Positions 42,793 to 54,291 of a stretch of DNA of 64,000 nt are shown here, in pieces. The notes below the pieces were generated by a model. The model did no database searches. It worked only from the letters and a program-made list of their open reading frames with translations, and was not told where the DNA came from. Position numbers and translations under genes: made by a program. The stretch covers positions 1,698,179 to 1,762,178 of the forward strand of contig JAQGDQ010000007.1 in NCBI GenBank assembly GCA_030141605.1, in the 5' to 3' direction. Numbering within the stretch: position 1 is the first letter of the stretch; each line of letters starts with the position of its first letter. Source of the stretch: Tubiluchus corallicola. Its lineage: Eukaryota > Animalia > Priapulida.

Positions 42793-43020
42793 TTAGTTTA
42801 GTTTAGTTTAGTTGAGTTGAGTTGAGTTGAGTTGAGTTGAGTTGAGTTGAGTTGAGTTGAGTTGAGTTGAGTTGAGTTGCGTTGCGTTGCGTTGCGTTGC
42901 GTTGCGTTGCGTTGCGTTGCGTTGCGTTGCGTTGCGTTGCGTTGCGTTGAGTTGAGTTGAGTTGAGTTGAGTTGAGTTGAGTTGAGTTGAGTTTAGTTTA
43001 GTTTAGTTTAGTTTAGTTTA
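42793..43020. repeat. Compound pentanucleotide microsatellite (TTTAG)3(TTGAG)13(TTGCG)14(TTGAG)9(TTTAG)5, forming the 3' tail of the adjacent LINE
   Basis: Units counted directly from the sequence. Confidence 0.95.
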
Positions 43021-46000
43021 TGTGGTATATGACCAACAAGGCCAGCCAAAATACGTTTTACAGAAACCACATCAGTTTGCGTGCACATTCAAGAGTAAAC
43101 AGCACATTGCATCATTACATCAGATGACTGCATAATATTGGATAACTTCTTTTCGTTACTAAGCGTTATATAACTTAGATATAGTTCACTTATATAATTA
43201 TTTCAAACGTTACGTGCTACTGCGTGTTTTGAACAATGAAATAAAAATATTTGTCTTCTACAACGTTACAGGTTTCACAAAGACGATTCCTAAACTGCGT
43301 CCGCTAGGTTCTAAGTTTATGATTTTATGTCTTTAATATTTTTATCATTTAATAAGGAAGATTCGAATACAAACTCGGACTTGTTGATAAAAGTGCAATT
43401 TAGACATATTTGTTAGAGATTGTCGTCAGGTTATTCAAAAGTTAGCTTTAACTCATCCTTCAGCAAGACAGACAGTATTAGAATAAAGCGCTATTGAGTC
43501 AGCATTTAGCAGTTGATCCAAATTTATCCTATTTAACATCAATTTCGACGACCTGTACCAAAGAACATTTAAAGTTTTGCTAAAGTGGTATCTTGGTTGC
43601 ATAGTCGTGTTTGTGGAAAAGAAATACCCGAAGCCAATATTTAACAACTCTACAAGAAATATCTAAATTTATCTGATATCTTCCTAATGCTCCAACCATG
43701 GCTGGAGTAGGAGTTGTCAGCACCTAAAATTGCTTTATAATATTTAAGAAAAGGGTTTCAAGAACAGCAAAATATTTCATACCACAGATTTCACATCCAT
43801 AACATAGGATGGGTTTGGCATATATGTTAAAGAAAGGTATTTGCAAAGTTGGCTTCAAAATACCCAAATGTTTTTGATTTACTCAGTAAAGAAAATACTA
43901 CTTCGTTGCCTTGCGAGGCAGGATAATTTACAGATTCATTAAATTAATCATTTGGATTAAAATATACGCCAATGCATTCGTGCTCGACATATTGTTTTAT
44001 TAATGTGCCGTAGCAAAAGAAATCCTGTTGGTGATTCAACAAAAGTACTCTTTTCAAATATTAAAATTTCAATCTCACTGGATTTGACAGTTTAGACTCC
44101 ATTTTCTACAATGGCTGTTCAGTAGCTTTAACTGATGTAGCAAACCCTTCTTAGTTACAATAATTAAAACGAGATCATCTGTAAACATGTCATTAATTAG
44201 TATTATGCCATCAGAATCTTGTACATTTTTTATAGACACTCATCTAAATCAATAAAATACAATAAAAACAGCATGAGTGACAGAGTACAGCATTAAAGTA
44301 CACCAAATTCAACCAAAAAATACTCAATTAAACCAGGATCAGCTAACACAACTTCGTGTATGTGTAAATGCAGCTGAGCAGCATGCAATTTCCTTGATAT
44401 TGGCCTTTTTCTTAAACAGTTTTGTCGTTGTTTTCTTTTGTAATAAAAATAGCTAACTGGACATCTCTATTATCTGTATTTAATTGAAATTTACGCATAC
44501 TTTATTTTTTAATTTTCTTTTTGGGACTGTACGTTCATAATCGAGCAATTTTTTAAAAAATTTTTGCATTATGCCCGGATTGGAAAATTTTCTGCTGTAC
44601 TTATTTAATACCAGCTGCTACAGCTGGAAAAATAATTTCTTATACGCCAGATACAGTACTTAAGGTGCTATACTTACTACCTGATTTTATATTTGACAAT
44701 TTTGGATTGGCGTTGTTTCATTGCTTGGAAAATATGTTTTAATAATTATTGGCCAGAGGGTTGAAGTCGGGCTTGAGCATTGTCCCACACAATTGTTTTA
44801 TCCAACGGACACATATTTTTTCTGCTCCTCATATTACATCTCTTGTGCTTGTGTATTTTCATTTTTTCAGCAAACATAAACAGAAACATAAAAGAGAAAA
44901 ATCTACATGCATATCAATAAAATTTTGGTACAGAATGTTGAAGACAATAACATACAGTTAATTGCTGAACAGCCTGTCGGCTGACGATAAATAAATCTCC
45001 CGGTATTTTCACTATTGCCAATTCTACCCTTTAAAATGCTAAATCTTGCTTCACAGGTGCAAAATTCCATAAGTTGCATGACAAAGCTCAGCAAGTTGCC
45101 GGCCTTGTGTATTAGTAATTTTATCCTCGTTAAACCTATCCGGGAACAAATTTACGTCATACAAATGAAAATGAGGATATGGAATTGTGGTGAAGTTTTG
45201 CTCACTAGCAGTTTCTTCATCTAAAATGAAATCATTCGAATTTGCTGTTTGTTTAGTTATTGAAATCACCACTGATGACATCATTAGGTAACTGCAATAC
45301 AGTAGATCTGGTGTAGGATTTACTACTTAGAATTTATGCAAATTAAGCAAAATATAACATTTTTAGGTAATTCAGACGAGTTGAATTTGAACCTCGCAAT
45401 GTTTGGATGCGTGGTTTTGACAATTTCATAGATTGAACTTAAACCAGAACAATGAAGCAATTCAAATCCACCTGCAATTCTTTACTTTTCACGTTCTGAA
45501 CCAAAAACATTTGTATCATAACCCGATTTGTTAAACGACGCACCGTCTGATAATCAAGTTTCTACTAAGCCAACGAAGTCAGGCTTACATATTAGTCCGT
45601 GGGACAAAAACCATGGTCTTGTAACAAGGTCTGTTATTGGGTACCCTTTATACCGTTATCTTGGTTGGTGTCCACTGCTGCCTGTCCCGACTTTCAACAG
45701 TTAAAGTTAAACTAGTTAAAGTTTCGATCCAAGTTCAATCAAAACACCTCTATAAAGTGACGTGCATTAAGATCCATTGCTCTAAGTTAGTTTATTCCTA
45801 CTATGATTGTGTCCACACTATTTTTGTTCTAGCTTCTAACTTAACTTATTACAAATCACTTCCTACTCTTCCATGTTTTTCACATGCAGTGCAGAGTCTT
45901 GAATCAATCCAATCACTGAGATTTTCAAACGCCATTTTTCTCGAAAAATTCTTGCTACAAAATCTCTGCAGCGGTCTGTCGTTTGTCATTAATAATGCCT

Positions 46001-46055
46001 CGTCACATTGAAAATGTTATTACAGGCCCTTATTAATGTCGCCATTCTCTTTTCA
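42793..46055 (-). mobile_element. Degenerate, internally deleted LINE (APE endonuclease + RT + CCHC finger; RTE-X-like)
   Basis: Minus-strand remnants DFVGLVET* (about 45560, APE N-terminus), NTQGRQLAELC...ILKGR (about 45030-45110), MFTDDLVLI (about 44190, YADD-like), AMVGALGRYQ...VKYWLR (about 43630-43700) and RLCETCNVVEDKYF (about 43250-43285). Ends in a (CTAAA)n-type tail. Confidence 0.8.
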
Positions 46056-46973
46056 CTGGAGCGTCTGCGTGTTTGCATAATGTCAGCAAACGAACTGAAC
46101 GTGTTTTTCAAGGTGTGCTTCATTGTGTTTGATTTTTAAGCATTAAATATTACACAAATAGTTTTCTAATAACTGAGAAAATCAAAATTGTTAAACACGT
46201 TTACATTCAGGGAATATAGCCGTTACAATACAGTAAACAGTATGGCGAACCTTATGATTGCAAAGACTTATTTTGTGATTTTTTTTGTATAATATGGAGG
46301 TAACAAAAAATACTACTTTTGTTCACCTTAGATGCAACTGAATTGGATCACTTGGTCCATTTATTAACTTTACTAGAACGAATCTTTTCTGAAGTAAAAT
46401 TATTAGTCATTAGTAAATATAGCTTATTCATACAGAAAAGTAAAAATTTTTTGCAATAACAGTATTCCTTGGGACAAAAGTCAATTTGTGCTGTTTGCCT
46501 GTTCATCAACCATTTGTTTTCCTTAGAAGACGATGGTCTTGTAACAAGGTCTGTTATTGAGTACCCTTTATACCGTTATCTTGGTTGGTGTCCACTGCTG
46601 CCTGTCCCGACTTTCAACAGTTAAAGTTAAACTAGTTAAAGTTTCGATCCAAGTTCAATCAAAACACCTCTATAAAGTGACGTGCATTAAGATCCATTGC
46701 TCTAAGTTAGTTTATTCCTACTATGATTGTGTCCACACTATTTTTGTTCTAGCTTCTAACTTAACTTATTACATATCACTTCCTACTCTTCCATGTTTTT
46801 CACATGCAGTGCAGAGTCTTGAATCAATCCAATCACTGAGATTTTCAAACGCTATTTTTCTCGAAAAATACTTGCTACAAAATCTCTGCAGCGGTCTGTC
46901 GTTTGTCATTAATAATGCCTCGTCACATTGAAAATGTTATTATAGGCCCTTATTAATGTCGCCATTCTCTTTT
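45613..46973. repeat. 441-bp near-identical direct duplication (45613-46053 and 46533-46973)
   Basis: Two copies 920 bp apart; I count about 5 substitutions. They explain the twin 124-aa ORFs in the track. Confidence 0.95.
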
Positions 46974-46981
46974 ACGTACGC

Positions 46982-47661
46982 TGTTACGACGCAGTAGCCC
47001 CCCCTGCCTAGATTGCATTTGACCGATTATTTTATATGCAATTTGACATTGCATGTCGGTATCTAGATTTCTACGGCAGTTCCTGCGTAAAGTGGATAAC
47101 TGGAACCTAGCACACTGTCAAGGGTAGTCCTCTAAGATGGGGGCACTGGACCGGCATTCTGGGAGGTCACCCATCTACTTGCTGTCAGTGTCTGTCACAC
47201 TCGGATTGTGCTTCACACATGCTGACGAGTCAATCATTCTCCGTGCCACACAAAATTTCCATTTCACAACACACGCTAAGCATGAAAGATCTATTCTCGA
47301 ATATGGTCGCTTCCCAGTGTGCAAAAATGTCTTACGTTTACCGAACATTCGCTAATATGTTAATATTAACCGAGACATCAATTGACATAACTTTGGGGCA
47401 TCTTTATTGACTGTGCCGTTGCTGTCTACTTCAATGCATTACTGTTTAAATCCACTCTGCTGTTGTGTCTCTCTGGGGGGACATCTTGCATGACTGATCA
47501 TCTGCATGGCAATTCATCATATCTTCATGTCGGCTTGACATTGGGATGTACATAGATAAGAATATTTGCCGTCTTATTTGTGGTCGCCGCAAGTTAAGTA
47601 GAGGCGGCACTGTTTTATTTGGAATCCGTAAGGTAACGCAATATTGGCTTCCCACGCAACA
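46982..47661. mobile_element. Possible solo LTR
   Basis: About 680-bp GC-richer block bounded by TGTTACG...CGCAACA (TG..CA short inverted termini); no matching TSD seen. Confidence 0.25.
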
Positions 47662-47662
47662 G

Positions 47663-47754
<92 letters not shown>

Positions 47755-47790
47755 CGTACGTAAAAGAGAATGGCGACATATATATATATA
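47663..47790. repeat. (CT)n(TA)n microsatellite interrupted by a 29-bp insert
   Basis: Directly visible. Confidence 0.9.
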
Positions 47791-50700
47791 AACTTGGGAC
47801 AAACCCACAAAGCATAATTCTTGCTGTTATTAATCTATAAGTTACTTTCACAATTTGTATTGAAAAGCATAAGATGTTGTGTCCTTCCGTTGGCAGAACG
47901 GTATATTACGCGACCACTCGCGCTGAGCTTTGTCTGTTCTTGCTGTTTGACACCTCAGCATTGTCTATAGTTGACGTAATGGGCATATGATGATGTCCTC
48001 ACTGCGAGCAATCTCGCATCATCAACTTCAGCAACAAGAAATTGTCAAAATTGTGCATTCGTTCAGTATTTGACAGCGTCGGTGTTTCGGCACTCGCTAT
48101 TTTTTAACTAAATGACGATTATACAAATCGGGGTAAACGCGCACCATTATTTATATGATGTTAATTTATCAAAGCGTTAACAAATTATATCATCTAAAAA
48201 TGTCTGACTTTAAATGAAATGCACTGTATGTTTGCCATTCTTCGCTCATCCTATATAATAAATAACATTTTGAATTTTCATGCAACACTTCGTGTTTGGG
48301 GAGAATTGCATCATTGCAGTACAGATTTAAACGTATGGGTTTTGCTTACTTTTGCACTGTACGAATACCGAATCCGATTCAAATGCGAAATGCATTTGAC
48401 TTACATTGTATGTTTTTCATGCAAAATTTGCCTTGTCGTTGAGTATACAGTAGAACACAATGTATAGCGTTGCCGTAAGAAAAGGTAAATTTCTTATTTA
48501 AGTAGCAAAACTGTAGCAAGCGTGGGCTGTGTGATTTTGGATAACAAATTTCTAAACTTCAAGCTTGACTAAGGAACCCAGTTATTACACGTAAAGCCCT
48601 GGTTCCTTTACTCTAAAATCAGAATAGATAGATTCGTTTTTCTCATTTTAAAGCTCATTCTACCTCCCTTCTCTCTTCCTGTCTATAAAATGTGCTTGAA
48701 TCACCTGGGCTGCATTTCGTAATATTACTGTGAGCTTGCTGTGAAAATTATCGCGCAAATTGCAACATTAATCAATAAGAAGCATCTCCGATCATATAAT
48801 TATGCTCATGGTAATGAATAAATTGGATTCGCGGCACCATTTAACGCATGATTATGAAAACACCGCTGCTTTTTCTGGACAAATTTCGCTTCTGAGTTTT
48901 TCAGATAAGACATTTTCTTGGTAACAGTGTCATTTGTCCGTTTTCAAAAAGTGTGACAAAAACGTGACGAGTCTGCCCACCTATACGTATAGGAAAGAAT
49001 TATTGTAATTGTCTAATTTACTTTTACTATAATTTCAATAAGTATGTTTTGATCTGCCGTAGACCTAAATTAAATGGCAGTTCGTGTTTTCGTGAATAAT
49101 TATATTAGAACTAGAGAAACATTTCATGTTATTGCAATTATCCATGTGAATGATTAATTAATCTAACGGAAGGAGGAGAATTTAGGCTAACTTTTTTACT
49201 CACATTCATAATACATATTTTGCAAAATACAAATATATGTACACACTAGTCACAGTGTAGTGCTAGTGTTGTAATGTAGTTCTATAACGCATTACTAGCA
49301 TTGTACAGTATGCTGCAGAATGAGCCTTTTCACAATTCCAACGATTGATGATGATCGTGAAAAGGTCAAAGGTTAAGTGTACCAGACAACGCATTTGTGT
49401 ACACTTGACAATGCCTCGCAACCCCATGCTGTTGTAAAAGTAATTAAGAAAAGGGACGAATGCTAGCTATAGAACCTTATCTAGTTCATTTTTACTTCAC
49501 GGGCAGACTAATGCATAATTAAGTAAAGTCCACTTGCTTTCCCCACATGTCACGTGACGGCTACAGACCTATAGCAACTGCGCGTGCGCACAACGAAACT
49601 GCGAAAAGGCTTATTATGCAATACAATGTAGTATTACGTACAGTGGCTGTTATAGTTCACTAACGCATTCGGCATTACTAGTCAGTTGTATTACATTGTA
49701 TAGTATGTTATTGCATTAAACAGGATAATGTGGCACTACTGTTATAATATATTTCAGTAACGCATTACTAGGCTATTACATTATGCAGTATGCAACTGAA
49801 TCATCTAGTTTAATATATACTACAATAATTGTTACAGTTCAGTAACGCGTTACCAGCCTATTGCATTATATTCTTTGGTTTCACGTGCGCTGAAACAACA
49901 TGTTATAAATACGTTCTCGGCGTTTCTCTTTTCCTTACGTACGCCATCACTTCCCGTTGCATTTTAAGACTGACAAATTGATTTATCATTTTATTGCTTT
50001 ATTGTGTTACTGAATTACTGAATAATGCATTACTCTCGCTGCTAGGTCTATAAGTTCGTGAAGCCATTTAATTAATACTCACCACAGTGTAATTATTTTC
50101 ATTTTGTTGACAGAATAATTAATTTCTATGCGGTTGCTATCCAGTTCTCCAAGAAGACTATTACTTTATTGTATTTTCAATGTCAGTTCATCTGAGTGGC
50201 TGGTGCTATTTTTCGTAATAGTATGCATACTTGTACATAAATATGACTTTTGTAATTTTAAGCTTACAACAGTGTTGCGGGCCTTACAGATGTACGAACC
50301 GTGAGGTCACACCAGGCCCGCAGCTTTAAGTGAAATAAATAAATCAAAAGAAAAGATTTTTATTGCTTATATGTACCTGCAATCATTGCATTAGCCGCTT
50401 ATGTTTATTTTTTATGTTTAAGTCTTCTATGTTTTAGTGTCCGCATATTTGTTTTTTTGTATACTTATAAACATTGTGTATTGCTGAACATTTTAACTGA
50501 AATTCCTAAGGCCTCTTATGATATAGTGTAAGTATTTGACAATGATAACAAGATAATAAGCAGTGATAGTAAAGGCTAGCTGGCCAGCTTAATTTTTATG
50601 CATTTACTAACATAAGAATAAATTGTCTCCTAAAATAAAAATGCTGTAGTTGAAAGTTTCAATACTAGGAATACGTGCATGTTAGGGGCTGGTGTGATTT

Positions 50701-52315
50701 TAAAAATATATGGTTGGTCATTTTTTCGGAAAGCCTGGAAGAAATAAATTACATCAGTTTACAGTTTTCGAAATTAGCTAAGTTAGTTCATTAAATTCCG
50801 CCCTCCAGTAACACAAGTTAAATTGACCATTAAAAAAGTTATCAAGTGACAGCTGTGTCAGAGTCCTAGTAACGTAGTGGCCCTCCGAAGTCACCTTGAT
50901 ACACCTCTTGTCTTCGTATTTCCCCCAACTGTTTCCATTTCAAATACAGGGCTTAAATTGAGAGTACGATAAAAAGGTTTCGGGTGAGGATTGCCAAAGA
51001 TTCCTGTAACAAGTGATTCCTTTAACTTAATGGCTTAGTTTAACATCTAGCAATACACAACGTTTTTCATTTCATTTAGAGGGGTTAAACTGAAAGTACG
51101 ATAAAAAAAAGTTTTCGAGTGAGGATTGTAAGACAAGTGATTTCTTTAACATAATCGGTTCCCGCTGAGGTCACCTTGATACACTTCGTCTCTTCGAATT
51201 TTCCCTAAATTTTCTGCCGAGCCTGATTAAATTTACAGGGCAAACCTCTTTCCAAATTAAGCTCCACACTCACGCACGTAGTTCACATCTGCCATTTCTC
51301 ACAACGCACGCGGAATTAGCAAGCGTGCATGGAAAAGTGATGTCACCTCTTAAGCAATTAATAATTAAATGAATAAGCTTGAATTTCCCTCACGGGATTC
51401 TTAAAAGTGCTTACTCACTTACTTATCATTTGTAAGAGATAAGCTTCGCTGCAACTGTTTGCGCTGCGTTTGCATCTCGTGCATGTTACATTCGAGAATA
51501 TTGTTGCTTCATACTGCTTTGTTGATTAGTTGGCTTCTTAAATTGGCAAATTGACATTGACATTACTTTGGGTGGTACCTACTGCTGCTAATAATGGTTC
51601 ACAAATTTTACGTAGCTTTTTTCACGTAAAATTGGACGTGTAGGCCAAAAATTCATTATTTTTCGTATAACGAGGTCGCCCTTGCGCGTGTAACGTGAAT
51701 TGCATAATTCCAAAGTGAAAAGCATATCGGGATAAAGTCAAATTAAAATAATATACATATATTTGTCGAATTATTGTTGCTATCTGGAAAAGTTTCAGAT
51801 ATATTATCTTACATAACGTGTATTGTCTGTAGATTAATTGAAATGTTTTTAAGATTTTGTTTTAACATTACTGTAACCCGTATTTTCAAAAGTTTTAGTC
51901 TAAATTACACCTTCATTGTTGTTTAACTTACTTAAACTGTATTGATATAGCAAATATTGTTTTAATTTACATTCTGAAGATGCCAAACGATTGCCGAAAT
52001 TTTGAAGATATAAATTCCGATTGTATCAATGAATGTAATTATATGTAATTAGTCAACATTTTCTACTTTGAACGAACTCACGTACAGGCAAAGAACTCTT
52101 TTCTTGTCAAAAATGGATATAACTGGATTTGATAGTCACTCTTCATATATAGTTAACTGCAGCTTGGGCAGCATGTGCGATAAAATTGAATTTTCGGCAA
52201 GAATTAGCGTATAATTGGTTTAGCAATGGTTTCAGTAAAAGGTGAAGCCGTAATAAGACTAATGGCTTCAGTTGCAGCTGCCATTACAGCAGTCACTGCT
52301 CAAATTCATGGCAGT

Positions 52316-52505
52316 GTCTTCAAGCATTGTCCATAGTAAAGTCAAATTCACGACGGTTGTGTGCTTCAAGCACTGTCCACAGTAGATTCATATTCACAAA
52401 TAACAAAGGTTGTGTGCTTCAAGCACTGTTCACGGTAAAGTCATATTCACAAATCACAATGATTGTGTGCTTCAAGCATTGTCCACAGCAGAGTCAAATT
52501 CACAT
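52316..52505. repeat. Diverged tandem repeat, ~43-53-bp unit x4 (TGTGCTTCAAGCA(C/T)TGTCCAC...ATTCAC)
   Basis: Units start at about 52316, 52359, 52411 and 52464. Confidence 0.75.
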
Positions 52506-52597
52506 TGCTGTGAAAAACGGTGGTCTAGGAAACCTTACACTTTTACTGAGCATTTCGCTGTTTGTTGCAATGAAAAAGTCAGATTTATTGTCACTGA

Positions 52598-52598
52598 G

Positions 52599-52660
<62 letters not shown>
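52598..52660. repeat. (GAT)n trinucleotide microsatellite, about 20 units
   Basis: Directly visible; source of the poly-D/M/S ORFs in the track. Confidence 0.95.
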
Positions 52661-54291
52661 CCGCAGTTGTTATACTGCTATTGCCACTGCCTTTGCCCCC
52701 TACTACTGCTATTGCTCTCACTGTTACTGTTGGTACACCTCTGCTGGACTGGCAGTCCTGCTGTTTTGAGTCTTAGTGTTTGGTCCTCGTGTGTAATGAC
52801 CTGAATTTCTATTAGAAAAAATGTAGAAGCAAGCATGTTGTAGTAAAATTAACAGAGCTTAAGAAATCAAGAAATTTGCCAGTCATCCAAGAGCTTTCCT
52901 AAAAGACTCCCGTATGTCTAACAGGCAAAAGCAGTACTGTACCACACCTGATTAGGCCAATCATAAAATGCAAGGCTCTCAAATCAGAAATTGTAACAAA
53001 CTTTATGCTTATTGGCAACAAAAATAAATTTCAGTCTTCACCCATTTTTTTCAAACACAATTCATTTCAATATAAGTCATAATTAGATCAGCATTCATCG
53101 CAAAAGTGATCTCCTTTACTATATCAGCTAGTCGTATGTATGGTATGAACGTATTGTGAATTGGCTTCGTTGGCTCTATGCGACAAATCAAATATAGGAA
53201 TATACACTCAAGAGTATTTACTGAGCAAATATTAAGCATGGGCTGTATAACTGATCTCAATAATTGCTTTTGTCGTAAGGTTGTCAATTATCTCGGAAAA
53301 GAAAATGTTAACCAATATCACTGAAAAAGTGATCTGAAGAGATATAGGTTTCGGTTTACACTTATTGTCCTAAAATGGTCGTTGCAGGCTGAGCCTAACT
53401 GTAGGCAAATTTATACGATAGACGAATAGTTAAACCTAAGTAATTTATGAAAATGTAAAACATAATCAGTAACTTCTAAAAAAAATTCACGTCTTATGAA
53501 TACCGCAAAATGTCTTTTCACCACTACCCAATACTAGCAGATATTACAAGCGAAGCTTACTATAGTGACATCATTATGTAAATACAAAATACACACCGCA
53601 TTTTTTTAAGTAAAAAATTACTGAAAACGTCATTATCACTGCTTATTGCAACACGCATATGATCATACGGCGACATAAATTCCCGACATAGTTATAATTT
53701 TTATAAATATATTTCAGCAAGATAGAAATGTCATCTCGATTGCACAGAAGCTAAATTTTGACTTCAACACCTTGTAATCTGTACTTTGCAGTCTGTGTAG
53801 GGCATTGTGATTATTCGAGGTATGAAGCCGTGTCTACATTCCTGTTTCCGGTGACCTCGGGAAAAAGAGTTGAAAATAATAAGATAGCAACGCGTGACTG
53901 ACTGTCCCTTAAGCACAGCTCCAATTTAAGATATTCTGTTTGCTTAGAAGAAACCCTAGCTTTACTTACTGTCGCTATTGTAATATATCTATGATCAAAC
54001 ACAAAGCAGCTCAGCGTTTGACCACAGTTAGACATAACACAGTTCTAATCTGACACGTAGTTAGACATTAGTGTTCATGCTAAATCAAGCATACATAGAA
54101 TATACATGCCATATAGCATAATTTTACTTATTTGTTTGAAGTTTTACTTCAGCACTTTAGTATATTGGAAAGTTTATGTACATTCAATAATAATAATTGC
54201 TTCTGTTTTTGTGTGCATAATAAGTTTTGTAACATTGTATTATATTAATCATGATATTACGATGTTTATTCATTTTTTTAAATTTCTGCAG

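Noticed and set aside
45637-46931. Twin 124-aa ORFs as a duplicated gene
   Set aside because: Non-ATG starts, antisense to LINE sequence, and fully explained by the 441-bp duplication.
47546-47851. YI/ER-repeat ORFs
   Set aside because: Translations of the (CT)n(TA)n microsatellite.
52327-52804. Poly-Asp ORF as the acidic Acl4 C-terminus; poly-Met/Ser ORFs
   Set aside because: Products of a pure (GAT)n microsatellite; no suitable in-frame acceptor or flanking similarity.
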